Counted from the stretch's first letter, positions 35,412 to 46,535 are shown. The stretch: 64,000 nucleotides of DNA from Candidatus Magasanikiibacteriota bacterium (GCA_046590235.1 JBKJTY010000035.1:14722-78721); one strand, 5' to 3'. Translations and numbers: made by a program. The notes: generated from the letters alone by a model not told the origin.

Positions 35412-38400
35412 ATGTCGAACGTATTAAAAGTAGGTAAAAAAGTACTTACAGTTGGTACAGTCATGAGCACTATGCTCTGGTCTGTCGGCGTAGCAGCATT
35501 GTTGCCAGTGGCAGCTTCAGCAGCTACTTGCCCAGCATTCAAGTCAGGCGACTTGTTAAAGGTAACTGGTAAACCAGCTATCTACGCTGTTGATTCCAAC
35601 GGTAAGGTTCTCTATTTCCCATCTGGCGATGAATTCAAAAGTTGGAATGTAGACGAAAAATACAGTGGTTACACAACTGTTTCTCAGGAATGTTACGACG
35701 CAATGCCAGTGCCTTCAGCATCACCATTCGGCGTTAACTACCGCGCAGGTTCAAACATCGTAAAACGCTCATCTTCTGATCAGCTTTACGTTGTTCAACC
35801 AGGCAACAAATTGGCAAAGATCACTGTAGATGCTGCTAAAGCTCTCTATGGTACATCTTTCAAAACAATGACTGTTGCTGATGTTTTCTGGCCAAACTAC
35901 TCCGCTAACCGCGGTGCAGATGTGACAGAAGCTAAAGCACACCCAGGTATGCTCGTCTCAAACGGCGGCAAAACTTGGTACGTTGATGCAGACGCTAAGT
36001 TGTGGGAAGTAACCGCAGCTGGTATGTCAGCAAACCGCTTCAAGGCTGCTTTTGTCCGCCCAGTAGCTGCTTCTGCAGTTGCAGGTTTGGTATCTGGTGG
36101 TGTTCTTGATGCATACAACGCAATGGTTGCAGACCGCACTCAAACTGGTGGTGGTTCTGCAGTTGTCCCAGGCACAGTTGTAACAGGTGGAGCTTTGACA
36201 GTCTCATTGGCTGCAAGTAACCCAGCTGGCAACAACTTGGCTTCTGGTTCAGCTTTCAACCAAGTTCTTAAATTGAACTTGTCTGCAGGTTCCCAGGACG
36301 TTTCTGTTACAGGCTTAACATTCCGCAAGAGTGGTTTTGCTGCTAACACAGTAATCAGTGGTCTCGATATCATCGATTCCTCTGGTACACGTCATGGCAA
36401 TGTTGCTTCCTCTGTTAACGCTGATAACGATGTCACTTTGCTTTTTGCAGGTGCTCCTATCACTGTTAAAGCAGGTACAACTGAAACTGCTACTCTCCGC
36501 ATTAACTTGGGAAGTACAGCTACAGCTGGTACACTTTCATTTAGTCTCTTGAACGCAAGTTCAGTCACATCTAACGGTTCCGTTGGTGGTTCCTTCCCTG
36601 TAGCTGGTAACGTATTTACCCTACAAAATGCTGGTAACTCCTTAGGTTCTGTTACTTTGGACGAAGCTGCAATCAGTGGTGCTAATGGCACAACATTAAA
36701 TGTTGATCCAAACAACCAGCAAGAAATTGCTAAATTCTCTTTCGCTGCTGGTAGTAATGAAGCTGTTAAACTCGGCAAATTGACTCTTTACAACAATGGT
36801 ACAGCTAGTGACAGTGATGTCATGGATGTGCAATTGGTTGCACAAGATGGTTCCGTTCTCGCTACTGCTCAGCAGGTTAACAAGAACGTTAACTTCGATT
36901 TGTCTGCAAACCCTTACTTGATCGACAAAGGTCAAACTAAGAGTTTGACTGTTCGCGCTAAAATCGTGAACGGCGCAGCTCGCACAATCCAATTCGTTGT
37001 TTACAACGACTACGATGCAGTGTTGACAGGTGTAAGTACAGGTACAAGTATCCTTTCAGTTGCAGGTGCTACTGACACTTCATTCCCAATCGGCAATGCA
37101 GGTGCTACTTACAACCAAGTAATAGTTGGTAGTGGTTCTATTTCCTTCAACAAGGATTCTAGCTCACCATCTGCTTCTGTTGCTCCAAACACAAGCGGCG
37201 TTGTTTTAGCAAAATACTTTGCTAAACCAACTGGCGAAAGTATGGAATTGCGCAAAATCGCTCTCGGCTTGGTAACAAGTACAGCTCAGGACATGTTCTC
37301 TGGATCCTTCACGGTGAGAGTTAACGGTGCTGCTGTATACAGTGGTTCACCAGACGCGGTTGTTAACCATGCTACTGTTTTGACTTCTATCACACTTTCA
37401 ACATACCCAACGTTGATTGCTGGTCAGAACAACTACATCACAGTTGAAGCTAACATCGATTCACAAGCTACAGGCGGTGCAACAAACATCGTCTACATGG
37501 ATTTGACTGAAGTTAAACGTTTGGTAACAAACGACATCACAGATCCAGGTGTTGGTATCTCACAAGCTAACCAAATTACAGTTCAGGCTGCTGCATTGAA
37601 AGTAACCACATTGGCTACTCCAGTTGCACAGTCAATCGTAGTTGGTACAAGCAACTTCATCTTAGCTCAATTCGAATTGAATCCTTCTTCCGTATCATCT
37701 GGTGAAGATGTACGCGTAAGTAAGATCATCGTTTCTGACGTTAAGACTGGTAGTGCAGCTTATACTGATATCTCCAACTTAGTTCTCTACGATCAGAATG
37801 GCAATGCTATTGCTACTTCTGCAAGTACTGCAACTAACGCAGCTTCTACAACATTCACATTTGCTAACGCTCTAGTAATCCCTAAGACGGGTTCTGTTCT
37901 GTTGACATTGAAGGGTGACGTAGTTGCTCGCGCAGGTTCAGGCACACACACATTCTCAGTAGTTAACGCTGCTGAAGTAACAGTTACAGGCAAGGATACA
38001 GGTAACTCTGTAACTCCATCTGTCGGAAACGGCAGTGGTCAAGCTATGACTGTTGCTACATCTGGCACACTCAACTTATCATTGGTATCTGGCACAAACG
38101 GTGCTCCTTCCAGTGACCAGGTTGTTACTGTTGGTCAGACTAATGTTCCAGTCTTTGCTTTCAAATTAACTGCACAGAACGAGCCAATCAAAGTTACAAC
38201 TTTGAAACTCACTGCTACAGGTACTTTGAACACAGTAAACGACTTGTCAAACATCAAGTTGTACCGCAACAATGAAACCACTCCATTTGCTTCTGCAAAT
38301 CAGATGGCTTCCAGCTCTGCAATCACAAACACTTCAACAGTGTTCACATGGACTGCAACTGACAACTTGCTTGCTGAAGCTGTTCAACCAGGCACATCCG

Positions 38401-39116
38401 TTACTATCTATGTCAAAGCTGACATCGGTATTGCTAACCAGGCTGTCCTCGGTGATAGTTTCCGCTTCGCAATCTTGGATGCTTCCACTGATCTTGTAGC
38501 AAAAGGTGCTTCAAGCGGTGCTTCAGCATCAGTTGCTGGTACTGCAGCTGTTGTAGGCAAAACCTACATCACTCCATTTAGTGTCAGTGTCACTGCAGAT
38601 GCTCCAACAGCAGGCAGTAGTGTTACACAAGCTATCTTGGCTGGTACACAGCTCGCTCGTATTAAGCTCACAAACAATGGTAGTGCTAAGGTCACTATTA
38701 CTGGCATCAAATTCACTAACAGTGGATCAACTGCTGGTACAACAAGTACCTTCAAACTTTGGTACTCTGACCAGAACTCTACTAACTATCTTGGTACTGT
38801 AGCTTCAAGTACAATGGGCTTCACAAACACATTGTCAAACATCGACTTTAGTAGCTTGGCAACAGCTGGTTCAACCTTCACTATTGATGGTGGTACTAGT
38901 CGCTATGTTACAGTAACAGTCGCTGCTTTAGGTGGTTCTTCTACATCTGGTGATACTTACCAGTTGTCTATCGCTTCAGTTGGCGATATCACCTATACTG
39001 CACAGGAAACCGATCTTGGTTACGACTCAAACAACACTGGCGGCGCTCTTTCAGGTGCTTCCAACACATTGTTTGCAGAAGGCAAACCAAGTATGGGCAC
39101 ATTGGTTAAACAATAA
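35412..39116 (+). CDS. giant secreted repetitive surface protein (S-layer-like), 1234 aa
   Basis: Signal peptide. Extremely S/T/A/G/V-rich with ~100-aa periodic beta-rich modules (..LTLKGDVVARAGSGTHTFSV.., ..IKLTNNGSAKVTITGIKFTNSG..). Strongly biased codon usage (gct/ggt/act/tct/gtt), about 220 nt of 5' leader, and a strong terminator. Confidence 0.55.
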   Translation: MSNVLKVGKKVLTVGTVMSTMLWSVGVAALLPVAASAATCPAFKSGDLLKVTGKPAIYAVDSNGKVLYFPSGDEFKSWNVDEKYSGYTTVSQECYDAMPVPSASPFGVNYRAGSNIVKRSSSDQLYVVQPGNKLAKITVDAAKALYGTSFKTMTVADVFWPNYSANRGADVTEAKAHPGMLVSNGGKTWYVDADAKLWEVTAAGMSANRFKAAFVRPVAASAVAGLVSGGVLDAYNAMVADRTQTGGGSAVVPGTVVTGGALTVSLAASNPAGNNLASGSAFNQVLKLNLSAGSQDVSVTGLTFRKSGFAANTVISGLDIIDSSGTRHGNVASSVNADNDVTLLFAGAPITVKAGTTETATLRINLGSTATAGTLSFSLLNASSVTSNGSVGGSFPVAGNVFTLQNAGNSLGSVTLDEAAISGANGTTLNVDPNNQQEIAKFSFAAGSNEAVKLGKLTLYNNGTASDSDVMDVQLVAQDGSVLATAQQVNKNVNFDLSANPYLIDKGQTKSLTVRAKIVNGAARTIQFVVYNDYDAVLTGVSTGTSILSVAGATDTSFPIGNAGATYNQVIVGSGSISFNKDSSSPSASVAPNTSGVVLAKYFAKPTGESMELRKIALGLVTSTAQDMFSGSFTVRVNGAAVYSGSPDAVVNHATVLTSITLSTYPTLIAGQNNYITVEANIDSQATGGATNIVYMDLTEVKRLVTNDITDPGVGISQANQITVQAAALKVTTLATPVAQSIVVGTSNFILAQFELNPSSVSSGEDVRVSKIIVSDVKTGSAAYTDISNLVLYDQNGNAIATSASTATNAASTTFTFANALVIPKTGSVLLTLKGDVVARAGSGTHTFSVVNAAEVTVTGKDTGNSVTPSVGNGSGQAMTVATSGTLNLSLVSGTNGAPSSDQVVTVGQTNVPVFAFKLTAQNEPIKVTTLKLTATGTLNTVNDLSNIKLYRNNETTPFASANQMASSSAITNTSTVFTWTATDNLLAEAVQPGTSVTIYVKADIGIANQAVLGDSFRFAILDASTDLVAKGASSGASASVAGTAAVVGKTYITPFSVSVTADAPTAGSSVTQAILAGTQLARIKLTNNGSAKVTITGIKFTNSGSTAGTTSTFKLWYSDQNSTNYLGTVASSTMGFTNTLSNIDFSSLATAGSTFTIDGGTSRYVTVTVAALGGSSTSGDTYQLSIASVGDITYTAQETDLGYDSNNTGGALSGASNTLFAEGKPSMGTLVKQ

Positions 39117-39166
39117 TCAATTAGCCTAACTAAGGTAACGTTTTCACAACGTAATAAAGTGACTAA

Positions 39167-39199
39167 ACACCCCCGATTATATCGGGGGTGTTTTTGTTT
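39167..39199 (+). terminator. rho-independent terminator after the S-layer-like gene
   Basis: ACACCCCCGAT-tat-ATCGGGGGTGTttttgtttt. Confidence 0.6.
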
Positions 39200-39248
39200 T
39201 ATGATGATTGACTTTTGAAGGTCTTTCCTCTAAACTATAGGAGTAATT

Positions 39249-41321
39249 TTGCTTAACTTTACTATGCGTGAAACTATTGAAAAAGTCATTCGTCTGCTAC
39301 TCTACTGCACATTTTTTGTTCCATTAGTGGTCATGCCGACATCATTTATTTTTCCGTTTATCGTTCCAAAGATTATATTGTTTAGAACCATTGTAATCTG
39401 TATGGGCGCAGGGTACACCATGCTACTCTTTAGTAGTTGGAAAAATTATGCGCCGCGTCTCACCCCGGTTACAGGTGCTCTCTTGGCTTTTTTACTCAGC
39501 TTTACCATTTCAACCTTTGTTGGCATAGACACTTATCACAGTTTTTGGGACAATCATGAACGCATGCTTGGTCTATTTACGATTGCCCATTACGTTCTAT
39601 ACTATTTTGTTCTCAGCGCTGTTTTGAAAACATGGTCGGATTGGAAAACTGCTTGTAAATTATTTTTAATTGCCGGCTCACTTGTCATGTTTGTTGGTTT
39701 AATTCAAGCTGCAAACCCGTATTTCTTGTTAAATGGCGGCAGTGACCGTGTGGCAAGTACGCTTGGCAACTCAATCTACGTCGGGGCATACGGTCTATTT
39801 TTGATCTTTTTAAGCGTACTGATATTTTTGCGTGAAAGCGATGTATTATGGAAGTGGATTACAGTAGTAACTACCTTTTTAGCTTTTTGCGGCATTCTCT
39901 TTAGTGGAACTCGTGGTGCAATTCTTGGCTTAATGGCTGGGATTTTGACCGCAGTTGTGCTCTACATCGTATGTTTAAAGGACCATCTCCGAACAAGAAA
40001 AATGCTAACGGGGATTATTGCGGCCGGCGTAATTATAACTGGAGTAATGTATGTAAACCGCACAAGCGAATTTGTTCTTAACATTCCAGCTGTCAGCCGT
40101 GTACTTAACACTTCAGTTGAGAGTGTTAAGAATAGTCCTCGCGCTTACGCGTGGAAAGCAGCTGTTGAGAGTTGGAAAGATAAACCAGTATTTGGTTGGG
40201 GTCCAAACAATTTTTACTACGCCTTTAATGAAAATTACAATCCGCACACGTTACGTTTTGGCTATGGTGAAACATGGTTTGATAATGCGCATAACATTAT
40301 TCTAAATACCTTAGCAGTCCAAGGCATGTTTGGGGTTATTAGCTACTTAGCGATATTTTGTGCCGGGGTGGTTATGCTAAATCGCGCCCATAAACAGCAG
40401 CGAATTAATATACATCTGTTTGTTGTTGGTACAGCTTTTCTAGTGGCGCATTTAATCCAAAATATTACCGTTTTTGAAAATCCAACATCATACCTATATT
40501 TTATGTTCTGGTTAGCGATGATCAATCGTATGACCCAGGTAGTAGAAACTGTTGATGTAAAAAGCAGTAAACCATTTAAAATTGTTAAAACATTTCATGT
40601 TGTCGTTGTTGGTGGTTTTGCCTTGATAGCAAACCTCATATTCAACTTTGAACCTGCTTCTGCAAACATGCAAACGTTAGCAACTATTCAGGCAATGAGT
40701 TCAGATCCAATTCGTGCTTTACCAGCAATCCAAGACACACTCAATAGAAACTCACCGCATATCGATGATATAAGAAACGATGTTGGTAGACAATTAATTG
40801 ATATCGTAGCAAATAACCATGAAAAGTTGGGCAAAGACAGAAGTATGCAACTTTTATTGGTTGCAGATGAAGCTTTACAGAAAAATTTGGTGTTACACCC
40901 GCGTGATATTCGAATTCATTTATTGATTGCTCAGCTTGATCAAACCGCTCTCCAGATAACCAACCAGCCACAATTCTTAATAGCAGCCGAAGAGTATACG
41001 CAAAAAGCGCTTTTGGAATCACCTCGACGTCAACAAGTAATCTATAGTTTGGCTAATATAAAGTTACAATTAGGTAAAAATGATGAAGCTATCGCCTTGC
41101 TACGAGGGGCGCTCAGTGATGATTCGACGATCGCTGAAACGTATTGGCGGCTAATGGTTGCCGAGAAAATGGCAAACCATGAAGATAAAGTTAAAGAAGT
41201 GTACTCGTTAGCTCAGCAAAACAAGATCACTTTTACTGCGGAAGAACAACAGATCGTTAACCGTGTTTTACTAGCTCCTCCTCCTACACCAGCAGCTGAT
41301 GTAAAGAAAGGTGTAAAATAA
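39249..41321 (+). CDS. O-antigen ligase/Wzy_C-family membrane protein with a C-terminal TPR-like domain (possible O-oligosaccharyltransferase)
   Basis: About 12 TM segments; motif LFSGTRGAILGLMAG typical of the WaaL/PglL family; C-terminal ~250 aa is a soluble helical-repeat region. Confidence 0.55.
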   Translation: MLNFTMRETIEKVIRLLLYCTFFVPLVVMPTSFIFPFIVPKIILFRTIVICMGAGYTMLLFSSWKNYAPRLTPVTGALLAFLLSFTISTFVGIDTYHSFWDNHERMLGLFTIAHYVLYYFVLSAVLKTWSDWKTACKLFLIAGSLVMFVGLIQAANPYFLLNGGSDRVASTLGNSIYVGAYGLFLIFLSVLIFLRESDVLWKWITVVTTFLAFCGILFSGTRGAILGLMAGILTAVVLYIVCLKDHLRTRKMLTGIIAAGVIITGVMYVNRTSEFVLNIPAVSRVLNTSVESVKNSPRAYAWKAAVESWKDKPVFGWGPNNFYYAFNENYNPHTLRFGYGETWFDNAHNIILNTLAVQGMFGVISYLAIFCAGVVMLNRAHKQQRINIHLFVVGTAFLVAHLIQNITVFENPTSYLYFMFWLAMINRMTQVVETVDVKSSKPFKIVKTFHVVVVGGFALIANLIFNFEPASANMQTLATIQAMSSDPIRALPAIQDTLNRNSPHIDDIRNDVGRQLIDIVANNHEKLGKDRSMQLLLVADEALQKNLVLHPRDIRIHLLIAQLDQTALQITNQPQFLIAAEEYTQKALLESPRRQQVIYSLANIKLQLGKNDEAIALLRGALSDDSTIAETYWRLMVAEKMANHEDKVKEVYSLAQQNKITFTAEEQQIVNRVLLAPPPTPAADVKKGVK

Positions 41322-41323
41322 GT

Positions 41324-42046
41324 ATGGTAAGGCCTACCTATTCAGTTGTCATACCAGTGTACAATGAAGAAAAGAGAATTCCGATTAACATCGATGCGAT
41401 TTTCTCTTTTTTTGCTGATGTAGGCAGTTCGGTAGAAATTATTTTTGTAAATGACGGGTCAAAAGACGCTACAGCAAGTGTATTGTCAGAATACCAGAAA
41501 AAATACTTTTTCACGGTAATCAACTATTCAATTAACCGTGGAAAAGGTTACGCTATCCGGGAAGGTGTAAAAAATGCAACAGGGGATTGGGTCGTATTTT
41601 TTGATATCGATCTTGCCACTCCGCTGCAAGAATTTATAAAGCTTATACAATTAAAAACAGATACCGACAATATCATCATTGGCAGTAGAAGAGTAGAGGG
41701 GGCACACATCAAAAAAAGTGAATCAAAGTTGCGGACATTTTTAGGGCAAGGATTTACTAAAATTTCGAACATACTTGTTCCAAATATTGCCGACTTTACT
41801 TGTGGATTTAAATGCTTCTCTCGACAAGCAGCGTTAACAATCTTTAGTCGAGCTCGAATCGATCGGTGGGGGTTCGATACGGAATTATTGTATATAGCTT
41901 ATCTCCATAAAATAGCTATCAAACAAATTCCTGTAGCTTGGTCGCACGATAATAATTCAAAAGTAAGAGTAATTAACGCTATCTTTAGCTCAATTAAAGA
42001 GTTGACGCAGATGAAGATAAACCAATTAAAGGGTTTGTATAAATAA
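41324..42046 (+). CDS. GT2 polyprenol-phosphate sugar synthase (DPM1/GtrB-like)
   Basis: YSVVIPVYNEEKRI, FVNDGSKDAT, FFDIDLATP (DxD). Confidence 0.65.
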   Translation: MVRPTYSVVIPVYNEEKRIPINIDAIFSFFADVGSSVEIIFVNDGSKDATASVLSEYQKKYFFTVINYSINRGKGYAIREGVKNATGDWVVFFDIDLATPLQEFIKLIQLKTDTDNIIIGSRRVEGAHIKKSESKLRTFLGQGFTKISNILVPNIADFTCGFKCFSRQAALTIFSRARIDRWGFDTELLYIAYLHKIAIKQIPVAWSHDNNSKVRVINAIFSSIKELTQMKINQLKGLYK

Positions 42047-42047
42047 T

Positions 42048-42776
42048 ATGGAATTACACGAATACGCAAAAATGGATGCCATAGAAAAGGATCACTGGTG
42101 GTTTGTTGCCAAACGAAAGTTTTTAAGCGTGCTTGTTAGCAATTATGCGGGGGGCGATAAGAAAATGCTCGATATCGGTTGTGGCAGCGGGGCAGTGCTC
42201 GATTTTTTTAAAGCGAAAGGGTATCAAGCGGAGGGTGTCGATATGAGCGAAGCAGCTTTAGAATATTGTGATAAAAAAGGTTTGTCTGTAAAGCAGGGAA
42301 GAGCTGAAGAGTTACTGTATAGTGATAATTCTTTTGATATTATTATAGCTTCTGATGTCTTAGAGCATATTGATGATACGACGAGTGTGCTTAAGGAAAT
42401 TAAAAGAATTTTAAAACCAGGAGGTATATTTATCGTGACTGTGCCGGCTCACCAGTTCTTGTTTTCACAGCACGACATTGCCCTTCATCACGTCCGCCGT
42501 TATAGCAAAAAACTATTAGCACAAAGTTTACAAACGTATTTTTCGGTTGAATGGATCGGGTGGTTGCATGCAGCAATACTTCCGCTTGCCGTGATTGCTC
42601 GTTTGACACGCCGGTTTATTCCGAGCAAAAAAGATTCGGATGTCGGTGAATCAAGTAGGTTTGTTAATGCTATTATGAAAAAAATATATGCATTAGAATT
42701 TTTTTGGTTTAAACATTTGCATTTACCATGTGGATTGTCATTGGGTGCGGTAGTCAAAAAGGCTAAAAAAATTTAG
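42048..42776 (+). CDS. class I SAM-dependent methyltransferase
   Basis: Motif I LDIGCGSGAVL; post-I acidic residue. Confidence 0.6.
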   Translation: MELHEYAKMDAIEKDHWWFVAKRKFLSVLVSNYAGGDKKMLDIGCGSGAVLDFFKAKGYQAEGVDMSEAALEYCDKKGLSVKQGRAEELLYSDNSFDIIIASDVLEHIDDTTSVLKEIKRILKPGGIFIVTVPAHQFLFSQHDIALHHVRRYSKKLLAQSLQTYFSVEWIGWLHAAILPLAVIARLTRRFIPSKKDSDVGESSRFVNAIMKKIYALEFFWFKHLHLPCGLSLGAVVKKAKKI

Positions 42777-42783
42777 GCTGCAT

Positions 42784-44304
42784 ATGTATTTTATCAAAAA
42801 GAACGCAATTATTTTAAGCGGAGTTAGTTGGTTGCTTGTGGCTTTTTTTTCAGTAATTCGGTATGCCGCTATTTTTAACTATAAGTGTTACTTTCTAACT
42901 AATTCATTTTTGTGCCGTACGGAGATTACAAGTAGTGAAAAAGTAATGCTTTTTTTACTTATTACAACTTTCATAGTAGGTGCGATTATTGGGGGGTATG
43001 GAATATGGAAGAGGTATACTGCTGGAGAAAAAGTCTTGCCGTATGAAGGTAAAAAAGCGTACGCTCTTGTGGCCAGCTTTGTGCTGCTAGCGTCGCTGAC
43101 TATTCCGTTTGGTTCAGGGGATTTTTCATATTACTTTAATACTGGGAAAGCTTTTTATCAAAATCAAAACCCATTTGTTGATGAGCGGAACATCGAGCAA
43201 CCCTTTGTAGGTCATGGTAAAGTGTCATCCCTGACCGGATTTACGTATGGGCCGTTAGCCGGGCTGGTCTTTGAAAGGTTTTACGCGTTTAGCCACGATA
43301 GTCAAATTTATTTCATAACTCTTTGGAGACTGTTTATTATCCTCATTACTCTAGCTTGTTGCGGTACAATTGTTAAAATTATCCGCTTGCTTGGTTCAAA
43401 AGCTGAATACGCTAATTGCGCACTAGTATTACTTTTGCAACCGCTCTTTTTATTTGAAGTCATAGTTAATTGTCACTTTGACTTACTGTGGTTATTATTT
43501 GTATTACTGGCGCTATGGGCTGCTATCTTAAAGCGCTGGTGGCTCGTTATTCCGCTGCTTAGTATTGGGATATGGCTCAAATTTATACCGTTACTTTTGA
43601 TCCCATTCTTTGCGTTGTGGTGGTGGCAAGAACTCACAATGGTTAATTGGAAAAAAAGAGTAACAGAAATCGCTCTTAGTAGTTTAGTTGCTGCAATTAT
43701 AACTGTAGTAGCTTGGTGGCCGCTATGGGAAGGTTTTCGTGTGTTTGACTCCTTTATGCTTCAGACAAAATGGGCGGCAAACAGCATCTTCGCAGCTCTC
43801 TACTATTCATTAAAACCAAGCTTTGTTTGGTTATTACAGGATAAGGCCCACTGGTTTTTGACCAGACTCTTGCAAGGCTCGCTTATTATGTTTGGAACAT
43901 ACTTACTACTACCATATATAAAAAAAGTCTTCGCGGTAATTCGGAAAAAAGAACATTTAGCGCCATATGAATATGTGCAAATGATGTTCATTTCTCTTGT
44001 AGTGTATTCCTCACTGATTCAAAAGTCATTTTGGCCCTGGTACATTATTTGGTTGTTACCGTTTGGGGTCATAGTCTATGAAAAAACAAAAAACGTTTTG
44101 TTGGGGCAGCTATTAACATGGTTGAGTCTGGCACCATTAAGTTTCTATCCCATTTGGCAACTTAATTGGGCAATCTTTAAGACAGACGCTGCTGCAACTA
44201 CTTGGTTTTGGTGGGTCCTTTTCATACTAATTTGGGTTTACCCACTTTCAAGATTGATTAAAATGAGAAAAAGTAATTTTGAACAACCAATCGACTCTAT
44301 TTAA
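42784..44304 (+). CDS. polytopic membrane protein, putative GT-C fold glycosyltransferase
   Basis: 506 aa with about 12 TM segments; positioned downstream of the DPM1-like synthase. Confidence 0.35.
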   Translation: MYFIKKNAIILSGVSWLLVAFFSVIRYAAIFNYKCYFLTNSFLCRTEITSSEKVMLFLLITTFIVGAIIGGYGIWKRYTAGEKVLPYEGKKAYALVASFVLLASLTIPFGSGDFSYYFNTGKAFYQNQNPFVDERNIEQPFVGHGKVSSLTGFTYGPLAGLVFERFYAFSHDSQIYFITLWRLFIILITLACCGTIVKIIRLLGSKAEYANCALVLLLQPLFLFEVIVNCHFDLLWLLFVLLALWAAILKRWWLVIPLLSIGIWLKFIPLLLIPFFALWWWQELTMVNWKKRVTEIALSSLVAAIITVVAWWPLWEGFRVFDSFMLQTKWAANSIFAALYYSLKPSFVWLLQDKAHWFLTRLLQGSLIMFGTYLLLPYIKKVFAVIRKKEHLAPYEYVQMMFISLVVYSSLIQKSFWPWYIIWLLPFGVIVYEKTKNVLLGQLLTWLSLAPLSFYPIWQLNWAIFKTDAAATTWFWWVLFILIWVYPLSRLIKMRKSNFEQPIDSI

Positions 44305-44313
44305 TAGTATGTT

Positions 44314-45348
44314 ATGAATCAAAATACACCTAAAAAAGCACTTATCACTGGTATTACTGGGCAAGACGGCTCCTATCTTGCTGAGTTTTTATTAGAAAAG
44401 GGGTATGAAGTACACGGGATTATTCGTCGCTCAAGTAGTTTTAATACTGGACGCATTGACCATCTTTTTAAGGATCGACATGAAAAGAATGTTCGCCTCC
44501 ATCTTCATTATGGAGATTTAACTGATGGTACTAACTTAGAACGCATTCTTGCGAACGTGAAACCTGATGAAATTTATAACCTTGGTGCGCAGAGTCATGT
44601 AAAGGTTAGTTTTGAGATGCCAATCTATACAGCTGAAGCTGATGGCCTGGGAACAATACGCTTACTCGATGCAATTAAAGAATCTAAGTTGCCAATAAAA
44701 TTTTACCAGGCTGGTTCATCTGAAATGTTTGGTAAAGTTCTGGAAGTTCCACAGCGTGAAACTACGCCGTTTTATCCACGTAGCCCGTATGGGTGTGCCA
44801 AGGTGTTTTCTCATCATATTGCTGTAAATTATAGAGAAGCGTACAATATGTTTGTCTGTAACGGCATATTGTTTAACCATGAATCACCTCGTCGAGGTCA
44901 AACATTTGTTACTAAAAAGGTCACTAAGGGTTTAGCAAACATCAAGCTCGGCAAACAAGACGTGGTGTATGTTGGTAATCTAAATGCTAAACGCGACTGG
45001 GGTTTTGCCAAAGATTATGTTGAAGTGATGTGGCTTATGCTGCAGCAAGACAAGCCGGATGATTACGTTGTTGCAACAGGAGAAACACATAGCGTGCGGG
45101 AAATGATTGAAGTTGCTGGCAGTTATCTTGGTTTTACAATTACTTGGAAAGGTGAAGGTTTAGATGAAGTTGGTATTGATGCAAAAACCGGTAAGACAAT
45201 TATTAAAATTGATCCAGAATATTTCCGTCCGTCCGAAGTCGATCTGTTAATTGGTGATGCTACTAAAGCTAAGCAAAAATTAGGCTGGGAGCCAAAAGTT
45301 GGCTTTAAAGAGTTGATCAAAATTATGTGCGAAGCTGACCTCGTCTAA
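44314..45348 (+). CDS. gmd: GDP-mannose 4,6-dehydratase
   Basis: [43 protein letters not shown]. Confidence 0.85.
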   Translation: MNQNTPKKALITGITGQDGSYLAEFLLEKGYEVHGIIRRSSSFNTGRIDHLFKDRHEKNVRLHLHYGDLTDGTNLERILANVKPDEIYNLGAQSHVKVSFEMPIYTAEADGLGTIRLLDAIKESKLPIKFYQAGSSEMFGKVLEVPQRETTPFYPRSPYGCAKVFSHHIAVNYREAYNMFVCNGILFNHESPRRGQTFVTKKVTKGLANIKLGKQDVVYVGNLNAKRDWGFAKDYVEVMWLMLQQDKPDDYVVATGETHSVREMIEVAGSYLGFTITWKGEGLDEVGIDAKTGKTIIKIDPEYFRPSEVDLLIGDATKAKQKLGWEPKVGFKELIKIMCEADLV

Positions 45349-45365
45349 GAGAACTAATTACTTAT

Positions 45366-46535
45366 ATGATAAAACTTATCAAATCATCGTTTTATAACGA
45401 AAAAAAAACTAAACGTGCTTTAATAAGCTTTATAAAAAAAGCCAAGATTTTTAGCATGAACGATGAATGTGCCCGTTATGAGATTGAATTTGCTAAGAAA
45501 CAGCAACGTAAACATGCGGTATTTGTCAGTAGTGGCAGTATGGCAAATTTGGTTGTATTACAAGCTTTGTTAAATCGTGGTGATCTAAAGGTGGGGGATA
45601 ATGTAGGCGTCTCTGCTCTAACATGGGCCACTAATATCATGCCAATCATACAATTGGGCTTGAAGCCGGTTATAATGGATTGTAGTATAGAAAACCTTAA
45701 TGTCACCGCAGAAACGGTTATTGAAACATTAAAAAAATATAAACTTAAAGCTTTTTTTATCACGCATGTCCTAGGATTCTGTGCTGATATTGCTAAGATT
45801 AAAAAAATCTGTGATCAGGAAAAAATTATTCTTCTCGAAGATACGTGTGAGTCGCTTGGGTCAAAAGCAGAAGGAAAACTACTGGGGAACTTTGGTTTAG
45901 CCAGTACTTTTTCCAGCTTTGTCGGCCACCACTTTTCAACTATTGAAGGTGGAATGATCTGCACTGACGATTCAGAATTGCATGAGTATTTAGTAATGGC
46001 ACGTGCGCATGGTTGGGATAGGAATCTTACTCCAAAACAGCAGGCAGCTTGGAGAAAAAAATACAACATAGACGAGTTCTATTCTAAATACACCTTTTAT
46101 GATCTAGCTTATAACGCCCGTCCAACTGAAATCCAAGGTTTCATAGGTAAAACAACTATTGGCTATTGGAATACAATCGTTAAAAAACGTGAAGGACATT
46201 TTAAAAAACTACATAAAGCAACACTGGAAAACCCAGACATACTTCCGTTGAAGGTGGGTCATATGGATGTTGTGTCTAATTTTGCTATGCCGGTTGTTTT
46301 CAAAAGCAAAGAGCTTTGGAAGTTGTATCGTACCCGTTTTGAAAAAGCTAAAGTGGAGATCAGACCTATTATCGCTGGTAATATGTCAAAACAACCCTTT
46401 TTCACCAAGCGTGTAGCGAAAGGACAATCTTGCCCGGGGGCTGCGTTTGCTCACGAGAACGGCTTCTACTTTGGTAATAATCCAGAGTTAACCAAGAAAG
46501 AAGTGCAACAGCTCTGTACATTGCTTAAAAAATAA
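45366..46535 (+). CDS. DegT/DnrJ/EryC1-family PLP enzyme with His-His replacing the Schiff-base Lys (ColD-like GDP-4-keto-6-deoxymannose 3-dehydratase)
   Basis: FSSFVGHHFSTIEGG at the position where aminotransferases carry SxxxK. Confidence 0.55.
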   Translation: MIKLIKSSFYNEKKTKRALISFIKKAKIFSMNDECARYEIEFAKKQQRKHAVFVSSGSMANLVVLQALLNRGDLKVGDNVGVSALTWATNIMPIIQLGLKPVIMDCSIENLNVTAETVIETLKKYKLKAFFITHVLGFCADIAKIKKICDQEKIILLEDTCESLGSKAEGKLLGNFGLASTFSSFVGHHFSTIEGGMICTDDSELHEYLVMARAHGWDRNLTPKQQAAWRKKYNIDEFYSKYTFYDLAYNARPTEIQGFIGKTTIGYWNTIVKKREGHFKKLHKATLENPDILPLKVGHMDVVSNFAMPVVFKSKELWKLYRTRFEKAKVEIRPIIAGNMSKQPFFTKRVAKGQSCPGAAFAHENGFYFGNNPELTKKEVQQLCTLLKK

